Positions 11,260 through 22,616 of a stretch of 64,000 bases of DNA are shown piece by piece. The position numbers and the translations under genes are program-made. This DNA comes from TPA_inf: Saccharomyces. Lineage: Eukaryota. The stretch spans positions 96,001 to 160,000 of the forward strand of contig BK006939.2 in assembly GCA_000146045.2 (NCBI GenBank), written 5' to 3'. The stretch's first letter is position 1; the number at the start of each line of letters is the position of its first letter. Below the pieces are notes generated by a model, which was not told the DNA's origin, made no database searches, and was given only the letters and a program-made list of their open reading frames with translations.

Positions 11260-11907
11260 ATGTTAGGAATAAGATCATCTGTCAAGACCTGCTTCAAGCC
11301 AATGTCTTTAACTTCCAAAAGACTGATTTCTCAATCTTTGCTGGCTAGCAAATCCACGTACAGGACCCCAAATTTTGATGACGTTTTAAAGGAAAATAAC
11401 GATGCTGATAAAGGCCGTTCTTATGCTTACTTTATGGTCGGTGCTATGGGTCTTTTGTCATCTGCAGGTGCCAAATCAACCGTAGAAACCTTTATTTCAT
11501 CTATGACCGCTACTGCCGATGTTTTGGCTATGGCTAAAGTTGAAGTTAATTTAGCGGCTATCCCATTGGGTAAAAACGTGGTTGTCAAATGGCAAGGTAA
11601 GCCTGTGTTCATTAGACACAGAACTCCTCATGAAATTCAGGAAGCCAACAGTGTGGATATGTCCGCTTTGAAGGACCCACAGACCGATGCTGACAGAGTC
11701 AAAGACCCTCAATGGTTAATTATGCTGGGTATTTGTACTCACTTAGGTTGTGTTCCAATTGGTGAAGCCGGTGATTTTGGTGGTTGGTTCTGTCCTTGCC
11801 ATGGTTCACATTATGATATTTCCGGTAGAATCAGAAAGGGACCTGCCCCCTTAAACTTAGAAATTCCTGCTTATGAATTCGATGGTGATAAGGTCATTGT
11901 TGGTTAG
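11260..11907 (+). CDS. RIP1: Rieske iron-sulfur protein of the cytochrome bc1 complex (215 aa)
   Basis: The true ATG is at 11260; the track's 265-aa ORF extends upstream. The 2Fe-2S boxes CTHLGC and CPCHGS are present, together with a mitochondrial presequence. Confidence 0.93.
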   Translation: MLGIRSSVKTCFKPMSLTSKRLISQSLLASKSTYRTPNFDDVLKENNDADKGRSYAYFMVGAMGLLSSAGAKSTVETFISSMTATADVLAMAKVEVNLAAIPLGKNVVVKWQGKPVFIRHRTPHEIQEANSVDMSALKDPQTDADRVKDPQWLIMLGICTHLGCVPIGEAGDFGGWFCPCHGSHYDISGRIRKGPAPLNLEIPAYEFDGDKVIVG

Positions 11908-12503
11908 GTTTGTTTTTCGTCCTCGAAAACTACATCTTTATTGTCTATTTGTTTCACCCTTATTTTGATTTTTCATTTACTATCCATTATGTTATGAACG
12001 GGAACTATACAACTAACCTAAGAATTTTGAAATCACAACAAAAATAATCAACATCACAGTCTCGAAGGGATTACGCTCAAAAAGGAACGAAAATCACTAT
12101 ACTGTATTCCCTGTTGATTTTCCTAAGAATATATTCTTATACAATATGGAGAAAACAAAAGGATAAGAAAAGAAAGGGGAAATAAAGAAGATTTGGACCT
12201 ATTTATTACTACTTTTTTGTCTCACCATCTTCTTTTTCTATTCATAATATTTGATATTCCTTTATTTATCTGCATGTATTTATAATTAACGAAACTATTT
12301 ATCTTCCCTCGTCCTGCCTTATCCTTCTTTTCTCCAAATGTTTTACCTAAGATTGGCCTGTATTTGAATATTGATGTCCAGAAGCAGAAGATTTCACATG
12401 TTGTATAAAGTATACAAGATTGTAAAAATGATTGAAGTATTTTTATATATGTATATTACCTATAAAATTTTTTATATTACGTACCGAAGGGGTTTTTTTA
12501 ATG

Positions 12504-14552
12504 CTAAAGCGATTCATCTTGCTGTAGGTATATTTTTAAATCATCTGGAATATCTGTCCAGGAATTACTATCCCAGTCCATGAATTTCTTTTTTAATTGG
12601 GAGTATTTACTGTCAAATAATCTTGAATTGTATGTCGTTGCAAAATAACTTGCTTTTTGACCCATGTGGAGTTCCTGCCCTTCCTCATTATCAAAAAAGC
12701 CCCCATTGATTTCACTCCCGTTGCTATTATCTTGCTTATCATATTTATTTGAAACTTTATTACTTTTTAAATCAATACCTTCCAAATCTTGGAACAATTG
12801 CCTTACATATTCCGGCATATTGTCCGGTCTATACCTACGATCAAACTTAATTCTCCAATAGACTGACCAATGTAAACTGACATATTCGGGTACATAACGA
12901 GATCTTCCGAGGTTAGGTGTATGAAAATTTTGCCACTTTCCTTCTTTATTTTCCATTCGTATTCCAATGGGGAGCAGTTCCAATACCCACCACACCAATC
13001 TCATAAATTTATTTGCATGTCCACATTTAAGAGTAAAAGCATCCTTCACTTTTTCTTTTTCATCTTTCAAGCTCAATCTAGTCTCTTTTATATTTTTTAG
13101 ACAATCTTCCATTCTCTCATTTCTGCCAGATTTATCCTCTCGGGCTCCATCCTCATTATCACTCACTCCTAGTAGGGAACATTTCTTTGGTGAGTTGAAA
13201 CTAAGGTAATCATGTGTGTCTGCGAATAAAGATCCAATCGAAGTGTGTTTGGTAGCGAAATCATGTATTGCACCAGGTTTGAATTTAACACCAAATTTGA
13301 TTGCCTCTGCTAAAATCCATCGCAGCGTTAAATTTGACAAGTTCTCTTCTGTCTCACAGTCAGGCGCCCAACCTCCACCAACGTCAGAATGATCACCTGG
13401 AAACCATTTTTCAATCAAGTCGGGTGTCATAGTCATTCTACTTGATGTACCGCTGCCTTGGATAGATTGAAGTTGGAAAATGGCTTCAATTCCTCTTGTT
13501 GAACATTCTGTATCTCTCGCGTATGAATTACCTTCTAAGAATGAGTTCAGGTCCAACAGCAACTCTGTAGTTTCCTCGCTTTTGCTCGATAACAACCTTC
13601 CAGGGTTATCAGGAATGAGTGGAGAAGGATTACTAATAGAATGTGCGCCACTTTTTAAAGTGTATTTTATCAAAGGATTTTCCGGGGTTAGATCACGCAT
13701 TAATGCATTAGAAGTTGGCACCGGCGAACACTGGTCAGTTATATGATTACAATATGTCAATGAAAATAGTTTCGGAATGTACGGCATCGGAGTGAAACAT
13801 AACTGCTTGAATTTTCCACGTCTTTCATCCAAGGATACGCAATGTCGAACATGCTCAACGATATTGCTTCTCTGGGTGCAAGGAAACAACCTGTCCCTTA
13901 ATATTCCAACTGAGTTCACAGAATCGAATAAGCCTTGAAAATGTATCTTTACCTCGTAATCCCTAGAGAATGTTTTCTTGAATTCTTCAGCCAAGGTACT
14001 TGTGTACTGTAATTCATTAGGCTGCGAATCGTATTCCCATTTTTCATAGATTTGCCATGCCATTTTAACCATTTCTTCCAAACCTTTACTCAAAAGTCCG
14101 ACTCTTTCAATCATTCCAGCAAGAACTCTTGCAATAAAAGCTCCTCTAGAAAAGCCAAACATATAAATTCTATCTCCTGGTTCAAAATACTTCATCAAAA
14201 AAAGATATGCAGAACATATGTGATTGTCTAAACTGAATGCGAACATAGAATCTAATAAATTTTGTAAGTGAGAAATAGTTAACCGTCTTCTGACATCAAC
14301 AACAGCGTCAAATCCAACTGAACCAATTCCAGGTTGGTAATAACAAATTTGTTCAGAACTATCACCGTTCTCAAGAAGGTTGTACAATTTTAAAATATTA
14401 GTGAATGGCTGAGGTCCAAAATTTTCTCTTGTTCCATCAAAACAAAGAATGATATTCTTGCCAGACGATGAATGTGAGGATGGATTTATACTTCTGTCGC
14501 CTCCCGTCCCATTTTTTTTATATTTTCCATGAATATAATTGAAGCTATCCAT
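12504..14552 (-). CDS. Uncharacterised protein with an N-terminal DUF2235/Tle1-like alpha/beta-hydrolase domain (682 aa)
   Basis: ATG at 14552 on the minus strand. The N-terminal ~250 aa (ILCFDGTRENF...YYQPGIGS...IYMFGFSRGAFIARVLAGMI) matches the DUF2235 signature, including the G-x-S-x-G nucleophile elbow GFSRG. Position and length match YEL023C. Confidence 0.85.
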   Translation of the reverse strand: MDSFNYIHGKYKKNGTGGDRSINPSSHSSSGKNIILCFDGTRENFGPQPFTNILKLYNLLENGDSSEQICYYQPGIGSVGFDAVVDVRRRLTISHLQNLLDSMFAFSLDNHICSAYLFLMKYFEPGDRIYMFGFSRGAFIARVLAGMIERVGLLSKGLEEMVKMAWQIYEKWEYDSQPNELQYTSTLAEEFKKTFSRDYEVKIHFQGLFDSVNSVGILRDRLFPCTQRSNIVEHVRHCVSLDERRGKFKQLCFTPMPYIPKLFSLTYCNHITDQCSPVPTSNALMRDLTPENPLIKYTLKSGAHSISNPSPLIPDNPGRLLSSKSEETTELLLDLNSFLEGNSYARDTECSTRGIEAIFQLQSIQGSGTSSRMTMTPDLIEKWFPGDHSDVGGGWAPDCETEENLSNLTLRWILAEAIKFGVKFKPGAIHDFATKHTSIGSLFADTHDYLSFNSPKKCSLLGVSDNEDGAREDKSGRNERMEDCLKNIKETRLSLKDEKEKVKDAFTLKCGHANKFMRLVWWVLELLPIGIRMENKEGKWQNFHTPNLGRSRYVPEYVSLHWSVYWRIKFDRRYRPDNMPEYVRQLFQDLEGIDLKSNKVSNKYDKQDNSNGSEINGGFFDNEEGQELHMGQKASYFATTYNSRLFDSKYSQLKKKFMDWDSNSWTDIPDDLKIYLQQDESL

Positions 14553-15420
14553 CTAATGGATATTATGTTAGTGTATTATTTTTTATAAGTTACATCACCT
14601 GTTTGCTGTTATTTTACTACATCTGTCTGAAGTACATTAATTTGTGGCGGTTTAACAGTATATTGAATGTGACAAACACACCCAGACACCTCAATAGACA
14701 ACAGGAGGGCCATTACCATAATTTCATAACATTAAATATTCCAAGTAACATTTTTCAGAAGACGAAGAAAGACTAATTAACAGGATAATAAATATTAACA
14801 TTATCTTTTAAGTACCATACTTGAAGCGTCAATTGATGTATGTTTGGTTTTCCACTATTTTCCTAAAAGCATGAATCTTTTCTAGGCAAAAAATTGGAAT
14901 GACGACTCCTGATCGTTAAAATGGAAGACAAACACTAGAAGTTGACTTCAAAAAAACTTCTTTCATTAAATAAGGGAAATATCCGGCCGGCTCATACTGA
15001 TAATATACCAGCAACATTTACAGGAAACTGCAGGTTTTAGGCAGTGTGGCGAACCGCAAATAAAGTAATAAACAACAATTTCAAACGGAAAGGACTCCTC
15101 TGCTAAAGATTTGATGTTTTTAAGTTCTTTTATAGTTTATATTGGCATAAGAGGTAAACCATATTTAGCACTTATTTTCATAAAGTATTAGAAGTGTTCT
15201 TATATATTTCATTACCCGACTTGAAAAATACTACGCGGTTCATTGCGAGAACCTTCAATAAGTGTCGAAAGAGCACCTACATTGGCGTTTAAATAATAAA
15301 CACACCAACCTACATATTACGTTGAATTTAAATTCTTTCACTGCTTGTAAACCATAGACAATAAACTGATTAATTTAGTATCTAAAAAATCTTTTAAAGG
15401 GAAAGAGAAGAGGCGGAAAG

Positions 15421-18400
15421 ATGAGTGATAGGGAATTCGTCACGGTAGATCCCGTCACTATCATAATCAAAGAATGCATTAATTTATCGACAGCGATGCG
15501 GAAATACTCTAAATTTACCTCTCAATCTGGAGTGGCCGCTTTGCTGGGGGGAGGAAGTGAAATATTTAGCAATCAAGATGACTACTTGGCTCACACATTC
15601 AACAATTTGAATACCAACAAGCACAATGATCCATTTTTATCTGGATTCATTCAGTTAAGACTTATGTTGAATAAACTGAAAAATCTAGATAATATAGATT
15701 CACTAACCATATTGCAGCCATTTTTATTAATTGTGAGTACAAGTTCCATTTCTGGTTACATCACTTCCCTGGCCCTGGACTCTTTGCAGAAATTCTTTAC
15801 CTTGAATATCATCAATGAATCATCGCAAAACTATATTGGTGCACACAGGGCGACGGTAAATGCTCTAACACATTGTAGGTTTGAAGGATCTCAACAACTT
15901 TCTGATGATTCAGTTCTTTTGAAAGTCGTGTTTTTACTGCGTTCAATCGTCGACTCACCTTACGGAGATTTATTATCAAACTCTATCATATATGACGTAT
16001 TGCAAACGATTCTTTCATTGGCTTGTAATAACAGAAGGAGCGAAGTCCTTAGGAATGCTGCACAATCAACAATGATAGCCGTTACCGTAAAGATTTTCTC
16101 AAAACTAAAGACTATTGAGCCTGTTAATGTGAATCAAATATACATCAATGATGAAAGTTACACAAATGATGTATTGAAGGCCGATACAATTGGCACAAAT
16201 GTAGAATCCAAAGAAGAAGGAAGTCAAGAAGATCCCATCGGCATGAAAGTGAATAATGAGGAAGCTATTAGCGAGGACGATGGCATTGAAGAAGAGCATA
16301 TTCATTCAGAGAAGAGCACAAATGGCGCCGAACAACTAGATATTGTGCAAAAAACAACAAGATCAAATTCCAGGATCCAAGCGTATGCTGATGATAACTA
16401 TGGATTGCCCGTGGTTAGGCAATATTTAAACTTATTACTATCATTGATTGCGCCAGAAAATGAATTAAAACATTCATACTCCACTAGAATATTTGGCCTA
16501 GAGTTAATTCAAACGGCATTAGAAATTTCAGGTGATCGATTGCAGCTATACCCACGGCTTTTTACACTGATATCAGATCCTATTTTCAAAAGCATTTTGT
16601 TTATCATACAGAACACTACAAAATTATCACTACTTCAAGCTACATTGCAGCTATTTACTACTCTAGTTGTTATATTGGGCAACAACTTACAATTACAGAT
16701 CGAGCTCACTCTAACAAGAATATTTTCTATTCTTTTAGATGATGGTACCGCAAATAACTCGAGTTCTGAAAATAAGAACAAGCCATCAATAATAAAGGAA
16801 CTTCTAATTGAGCAAATATCCATCTTATGGACTAGGTCGCCATCTTTTTTTACTTCTACTTTTATCAATTTCGATTGTAATCTCGATAGGGCAGACGTTT
16901 CCATAAACTTTTTGAAGGCTTTGACTAAATTGGCCTTACCAGAATCCGCCTTAACTACCACAGAAAGTGTACCACCCATTTGCCTTGAGGGATTGGTCTC
17001 CCTAGTCGATGATATGTTCGATCACATGAAGGACATTGACAGAGAAGAATTTGGCAGGCAAAAGAATGAAATGGAAATCTTAAAAAAGAGGGACCGTAAA
17101 ACAGAGTTTATTGAATGTACCAATGCATTCAATGAAAAGCCCAAAAAGGGTATTCCGATGTTAATAGAAAAAGGTTTCATTGCTTCCGACTCCGATAAAG
17201 ATATTGCGGAGTTTCTTTTCAATAATAACAACCGTATGAATAAAAAAACAATCGGTTTGCTACTTTGCCATCCGGACAAAGTAAGCTTGTTGAATGAATA
17301 TATTCGTTTGTTTGATTTTTCAGGGTTAAGGGTCGATGAAGCTATTAGAATTTTGTTGACGAAATTTAGGTTGCCTGGTGAATCGCAACAAATTGAAAGA
17401 ATCATCGAAGCCTTCTCGTCTGCGTATTGTGAAAATCAAGATTACGATCCATCCAAAATCAGTGACAACGCGGAGGATGACATTTCTACTGTTCAACCAG
17501 ACGCTGATTCTGTTTTCATTTTAAGTTATTCAATTATTATGTTGAACACTGACCTACATAACCCTCAAGTGAAGGAACACATGTCATTTGAAGATTACTC
17601 TGGTAACTTAAAGGGATGCTGTAATCACAAAGACTTCCCATTCTGGTATTTGGATAGAATTTACTGTTCAATCAGAGATAAAGAAATTGTTATGCCTGAA
17701 GAGCACCACGGCAACGAAAAGTGGTTTGAAGATGCTTGGAATAACTTGATATCTTCAACTACTGTTATAACTGAAATAAAAAAAGACACACAATCTGTCA
17801 TGGATAAATTAACACCCTTGGAGCTTTTGAACTTTGATAGAGCAATTTTTAAACAAGTTGGCCCAAGTATTGTCAGTACTTTATTCAACATTTACGTAGT
17901 TGCATCTGATGACCATATATCTACCAGAATGATAACAAGTTTGGACAAATGTTCCTATATTTCCGCATTTTTTGACTTCAAAGATCTCTTTAATGATATA
18001 CTAAACTCCATTGCTAAGGGCACTACTTTGATTAATTCAAGCCATGACGATGAACTTTCAACTTTAGCTTTTGAATATGGCCCAATGCCACTGGTGCAAA
18101 TTAAATTCGAAGACACTAACACTGAGATCCCGGTTAGTACAGATGCTGTTAGATTTGGTAGATCATTTAAGGGTCAACTAAATACAGTTGTTTTTTTCCG
18201 GATTATTCGCAGGAACAAAGATCCTAAAATTTTCTCCAAGGAATTATGGTTAAACATTGTTAATATTATACTAACATTGTACGAAGACTTGATTTTGTCT
18301 CCTGATATTTTCCCTGATTTACAAAAAAGACTGAAATTAAGCAACTTGCCTAAGCCATCTCCTGAAATTTCTATTAACAAGAGCAAAGAAAGCAAAGGTC

Positions 18401-19800
18401 TCTTATCAACATTTGCTTCTTATTTAAAAGGTGATGAAGAACCCACAGAAGAGGAAATCAAATCCTCAAAAAAAGCGATGGAGTGCATAAAGTCGAGTAA
18501 TATTGCCGCCTCTGTCTTTGGAAATGAATCAAATATAACAGCGGATTTAATAAAAACTTTACTAGACTCCGCCAAAACTGAGAAAAACGCAGATAATTCC
18601 AGGTATTTTGAAGCAGAACTTTTATTTATCATCGAATTGACTATTGCATTATTTCTATTTTGCAAAGAGGAGAAAGAATTAGGAAAGTTCATACTTCAAA
18701 AAGTTTTCCAACTTTCTCACACGAAAGGCCTCACGAAAAGGACTGTTCGTAGAATGCTAACATACAAAATTTTGTTAATTTCGTTATGTGCGGATCAGAC
18801 GGAGTACTTGTCCAAATTAATAAACGATGAGCTGTTAAAAAAGGGGGATATTTTTACCCAAAAATTTTTTGCAACTAATCAAGGTAAGGAATTTTTGAAG
18901 AGACTATTTTCATTGACCGAATCAGAGTTTTATAGAGGATTTTTACTAGGAAATGAGAATTTTTGGAAATTTTTAAGAAAAGTTACAGCAATGAAAGAGC
19001 AGAGCGAGAGCATTTTTGAATATTTAAATGAATCGATCAAGACAGACAGCAATATTTTGACAAATGAGAACTTCATGTGGGTCCTAGGACTATTAGATGA
19101 AATTTCATCAATGGGTGCCGTTGGAAATCACTGGGAAATAGAATACAAGAAATTGACAGAAAGTGGTCATAAAATTGATAAGGAGAATCCATACAAGAAA
19201 TCGATCGAATTATCATTGAAATCCATTCAACTAACATCACACTTGCTGGAAGATAATAACGATCTGCGTAAAAACGAGATATTCGCTATTATTCAAGCTT
19301 TGGCACATCAATGCATCAATCCGTGTAAGCAGATAAGTGAATTTGCAGTGGTAACGCTAGAGCAGACGCTCATCAATAAAATCGAAATTCCAACTAATGA
19401 GATGGAATCGGTAGAAGAATTAATTGAGGGCGGATTACTACCGTTGCTAAATTCGAGTGAAACACAGGAAGACCAGAAAATCCTCATTTCATCCATATTA
19501 ACAATAATTTCAAATGTTTATTTGCATTATTTGAAACTAGGGAAGACAAGCAACGAAACGTTTTTGAAAATTTTGAGTATTTTCAATAAATTTGTAGAGG
19601 ACTCAGATATTGAAAAAAAGCTACAGCAATTAATACTTGATAAGAAGAGTATTGAGAAGGGCAACGGTTCATCATCTCATGGATCTGCACATGAACAAAC
19701 ACCAGAGTCAAACGACGTTGAAATTGAGGCTACTGCGCCAATTGATGACAATACAGACGATGATAACAAACCGAAGTTATCTGATGTAGAAAAGGATTAA
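15421..19800 (+). CDS. GEA2: ARF guanine-nucleotide exchange factor, GBF1/Gea family, with a Sec7 domain (1459 aa)
   Basis: ATG at 15421. Sec7 domain in the middle of the protein (around FNEKPKKGIPMLIEKGF...MLNTDLHNPQV). Length and neighbours match YEL022W. Confidence 0.9.
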   Translation: MSDREFVTVDPVTIIIKECINLSTAMRKYSKFTSQSGVAALLGGGSEIFSNQDDYLAHTFNNLNTNKHNDPFLSGFIQLRLMLNKLKNLDNIDSLTILQPFLLIVSTSSISGYITSLALDSLQKFFTLNIINESSQNYIGAHRATVNALTHCRFEGSQQLSDDSVLLKVVFLLRSIVDSPYGDLLSNSIIYDVLQTILSLACNNRRSEVLRNAAQSTMIAVTVKIFSKLKTIEPVNVNQIYINDESYTNDVLKADTIGTNVESKEEGSQEDPIGMKVNNEEAISEDDGIEEEHIHSEKSTNGAEQLDIVQKTTRSNSRIQAYADDNYGLPVVRQYLNLLLSLIAPENELKHSYSTRIFGLELIQTALEISGDRLQLYPRLFTLISDPIFKSILFIIQNTTKLSLLQATLQLFTTLVVILGNNLQLQIELTLTRIFSILLDDGTANNSSSENKNKPSIIKELLIEQISILWTRSPSFFTSTFINFDCNLDRADVSINFLKALTKLALPESALTTTESVPPICLEGLVSLVDDMFDHMKDIDREEFGRQKNEMEILKKRDRKTEFIECTNAFNEKPKKGIPMLIEKGFIASDSDKDIAEFLFNNNNRMNKKTIGLLLCHPDKVSLLNEYIRLFDFSGLRVDEAIRILLTKFRLPGESQQIERIIEAFSSAYCENQDYDPSKISDNAEDDISTVQPDADSVFILSYSIIMLNTDLHNPQVKEHMSFEDYSGNLKGCCNHKDFPFWYLDRIYCSIRDKEIVMPEEHHGNEKWFEDAWNNLISSTTVITEIKKDTQSVMDKLTPLELLNFDRAIFKQVGPSIVSTLFNIYVVASDDHISTRMITSLDKCSYISAFFDFKDLFNDILNSIAKGTTLINSSHDDELSTLAFEYGPMPLVQIKFEDTNTEIPVSTDAVRFGRSFKGQLNTVVFFRIIRRNKDPKIFSKELWLNIVNIILTLYEDLILSPDIFPDLQKRLKLSNLPKPSPEISINKSKESKGLLSTFASYLKGDEEPTEEEIKSSKKAMECIKSSNIAASVFGNESNITADLIKTLLDSAKTEKNADNSRYFEAELLFIIELTIALFLFCKEEKELGKFILQKVFQLSHTKGLTKRTVRRMLTYKILLISLCADQTEYLSKLINDELLKKGDIFTQKFFATNQGKEFLKRLFSLTESEFYRGFLLGNENFWKFLRKVTAMKEQSESIFEYLNESIKTDSNILTNENFMWVLGLLDEISSMGAVGNHWEIEYKKLTESGHKIDKENPYKKSIELSLKSIQLTSHLLEDNNDLRKNEIFAIIQALAHQCINPCKQISEFAVVTLEQTLINKIEIPTNEMESVEELIEGGLLPLLNSSETQEDQKILISSILTIISNVYLHYLKLGKTSNETFLKILSIFNKFVEDSDIEKKLQQLILDKKSIEKGNGSSSHGSAHEQTPESNDVEIEATAPIDDNTDDDNKPKLSDVEKD

Positions 19801-20012
19801 AGATGCTAAGAGATAGTGATGATATTTCATAAATAATGTAATTCTATATATGTTAATTACCTTTTTTGCGAGGCATATTTATGGTGAAGGATAAGTTTTG
19901 ACCATCAAAGAAGGTTAATGTGGCTGTGGTTTCAGGGTCCATAAAGCTTTTCAATTCATCTTTTTTTTTTTTGTTCTTTTTTTTGATTCCGGTTTCTTTG
20001 AAATTTTTTTGA

Positions 20013-20028
20013 TTCGGTAATCTCCGAG
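20013..20028 (+). promoter_or_regulatory. Ppr1 UAS of URA3 (TTCGGTAATCTCCGAG, a CGG-N6-CCG element)
   Basis: The motif sits about 140 bp upstream of the URA3 ATG and is flanked by long dT tracts at 19955..20008. It has the form of the classical pyrimidine-pathway Zn2Cys6 binding site. Confidence 0.7.
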
Positions 20029-20166
20029 CAGAAGGAAGAACGAAGGAAGGAGCACAGACTTAGATTGGTATATATACGCATATGTGGTGTTGAAGAAACA
20101 TGAAATTGCCCAGTATTCTTAACCCAACTGCACAGAACAAAAACCTGCAGGAAACGAAGATAAATC

Positions 20167-20970
20167 ATGTCGAAAGCTACATATAAGGAACGTGCTGCTA
20201 CTCATCCTAGTCCTGTTGCTGCCAAGCTATTTAATATCATGCACGAAAAGCAAACAAACTTGTGTGCTTCATTGGATGTTCGTACCACCAAGGAATTACT
20301 GGAGTTAGTTGAAGCATTAGGTCCCAAAATTTGTTTACTAAAAACACATGTGGATATCTTGACTGATTTTTCCATGGAGGGCACAGTTAAGCCGCTAAAG
20401 GCATTATCCGCCAAGTACAATTTTTTACTCTTCGAAGACAGAAAATTTGCTGACATTGGTAATACAGTCAAATTGCAGTACTCTGCGGGTGTATACAGAA
20501 TAGCAGAATGGGCAGACATTACGAATGCACACGGTGTGGTGGGCCCAGGTATTGTTAGCGGTTTGAAGCAGGCGGCGGAAGAAGTAACAAAGGAACCTAG
20601 AGGCCTTTTGATGTTAGCAGAATTGTCATGCAAGGGCTCCCTAGCTACTGGAGAATATACTAAGGGTACTGTTGACATTGCGAAGAGCGACAAAGATTTT
20701 GTTATCGGCTTTATTGCTCAAAGAGACATGGGTGGAAGAGATGAAGGTTACGATTGGTTGATTATGACACCCGGTGTGGGTTTAGATGACAAGGGAGACG
20801 CATTGGGTCAACAGTATAGAACCGTGGATGATGTGGTCTCTACAGGATCTGACATTATTATTGTTGGAAGAGGACTATTTGCAAAGGGAAGGGATGCTAA
20901 GGTAGAGGGTGAACGTTACAGAAAAGCAGGCTGGGAAGCATATTTGAGAAGATGCGGCCAGCAAAACTAA
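20167..20970 (+). CDS. URA3: Orotidine-5'-phosphate decarboxylase (267 aa)
   Basis: ATG at 20167. The full protein matches URA3 ([38 protein letters not shown]...). Confidence 0.98.
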   Translation: MSKATYKERAATHPSPVAAKLFNIMHEKQTNLCASLDVRTTKELLELVEALGPKICLLKTHVDILTDFSMEGTVKPLKALSAKYNFLLFEDRKFADIGNTVKLQYSAGVYRIAEWADITNAHGVVGPGIVSGLKQAAEEVTKEPRGLLMLAELSCKGSLATGEYTKGTVDIAKSDKDFVIGFIAQRDMGGRDEGYDWLIMTPGVGLDDKGDALGQQYRTVDDVVSTGSDIIIVGRGLFAKGRDAKVEGERYRKAGWEAYLRRCGQQN

Positions 20971-21210
20971 AAAACTGTATTATAAGTAAATGCATGTATA
21001 CTAAACTCACAAATTAGAGCTTCAATTTAATTATATCAGTTATTACCCGGGAATCTCGGTCGTAATGATTTCTATAATGACGAAAAAAAAAAAATTGGAA
21101 AGAAAAAGCTTCATGGCCTTTATAAAAAGGAACTATCCAATACCTCGCCAGAACCAAGTAACAGTATTTTACGGGGCACAAATCAAGAACAATAAGACAG
21201 GACTGTAAAG

Positions 21211-21474
21211 ATGGACGCATTGAACTCCAAAGAACAACAAGAGTTCCAAAAAGTAGTGGAACAAAAGCAAATGAAGGATTTCATGCGTTTGTACTCTAAT
21301 CTGGTAGAAAGATGTTTCACAGACTGTGTCAATGACTTCACAACATCAAAGCTAACCAATAAGGAACAAACATGCATCATGAAGTGCTCAGAAAAGTTCT
21401 TGAAGCATAGCGAACGTGTAGGGCAGCGTTTCCAAGAACAAAACGCTGCCTTGGGACAAGGCTTGGGCCGATAA
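21211..21474 (+). CDS. TIM9: Small TIM intermembrane-space chaperone (87 aa)
   Basis: ATG at 21211. Twin CX3C motifs (CFTDC ... CIMKC). Confidence 0.93.
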   Translation: MDALNSKEQQEFQKVVEQKQMKDFMRLYSNLVERCFTDCVNDFTTSKLTNKEQTCIMKCSEKFLKHSERVGQRFQEQNAALGQGLGR

Positions 21475-21649
21475 GGTGTACTGGCGTATATATATCTAAT
21501 TATGTATCTCTGGTGTAGCCCATTTTTAGCATGTAAATATAAAGAGAAACCATATCTAATCTAACCAAATCCAAACAAAATTCAATAGTTACTATCGCTT
21601 TTTTCTTTCTGTATCGCAAATAAGTGAAAATTAAAAAAGAAAGATTAAA

Positions 21650-22118
21650 TTGGAAGTTGGATATGGGCTGGAACAGCAGCAGTAATCGGTATCGGGTTCG
21701 CCACTAATGACGTCCTACGATTGCACTCAACAGACCTTGACGCTCACGCCGTAGCGGGCGACAAGTCAAACGGAACAACCGTTGCCGTTCCCATCGGAGT
21801 CCGACCTAGGCCGAACTCCGTGAATTTCTGATAACAACGGTCGGTAAAGACTGGTTCCCCAGTATATTTCTTCTCTCAGGAGCAGGGGCCAATGCCAAAA
21901 GCGACATTAACCCGGAGGACAAGGCTCCACTGTGTTCCACCGAATTTCCCACCTGATAATATCTGATAACCCGCCCATAGGTGGGGATCCTTCTGTAAAC
22001 AGGTTTCTTAATCGTAGGAATTACCACTGTTCCACTGCCAATCGCAGCTCCCAGAGTTTCGTTCCCAGCCGCGAGCACCACAGCGTACCATGTGCGCCAC
22101 GAGGCCTCAAACGTAAAA
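21650..22118 (-). ncRNA. RPR1: RNase P RNA, precursor span including the ~84-nt leader
   Basis: The minus-strand RNA carries the CR-I/P4-type sequence GGGAAAUUCGGUGGAACACAGUGGAGCC (plus strand 21915..21942). tRNA-like A-box (TGGCGCACATGG, 22089..22100) and B-box (GGGAACGAAACTC, 22055..22067) elements lie in the transcribed leader. I place the mature 5' end at about 22035 (GUGGAACAGUGGUAAUUCC) and the 3' end near 21667. The oligo-T terminator on the minus strand is at about 21631..21643. Ends are approximate. Confidence 0.78.
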
Positions 22119-22577
22119 CAATCGAAACGAAAAGAAACAGACTATAGGGGAGTATAGAGACAGCCGGCCAATAAGAAGAGGAAAAAGAAATACTAGCGTT
22201 TATCAATGTGGGTCGTTAACATATCCTGTTGACAATGATTACAGGTTAAAAGGTAGCGTAAGTGAATATTAACTATGGATATTCTTATACTTAGATAAGA
22301 GACATATAAAACACACGATGATTGATTGATTTTTATGACCAATATATGTAATTCGTAATTCAGATAGTTTTTATACTTTTAATGTGTGCCGAACCATATT
22401 ACTAGTATATGTAACTACCATGTTATGTTCAATTGGCAGATCTTTAACTCGGCTTTAGTTATCCAAGTTACTTGCAATATTTCCTTCTGCGAGAGTACAT
22501 TTGCCCTTAAACGTATACGAGGTATTCATTAATGTGTGTTGTAAGTATTTAGATTGACATCTATAAGAGAGATGAAC

Positions 22578-22604
22578 ATATATATATATATATATATATA
22601 TATA
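22578..22604. repeat. (TA)13 dinucleotide microsatellite
   Basis: Perfect alternating TA run immediately 3' of the PXP1 stop codon. Confidence 0.95.
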
Positions 22605-22616
22605 CATGCATATTTA

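Noticed and set aside
16105-19496. Multiple 60 to 130-aa minus-strand ORFs inside GEA2
   Set aside because: They are embedded in a 4.4-kb confirmed Sec7-domain CDS. They are AT-rich frame artefacts.
20202-20693. 163-aa antisense ORF inside URA3
   Set aside because: It lies fully within a highly conserved, well-characterised CDS on the opposite strand, with no independent signal.
22021-22206. Short ORFs on both strands at 21806..22206
   Set aside because: They overlap the RPR1 RNase P RNA gene and its leader. Their Cys/Arg-rich translations are typical of structured-RNA GC content.
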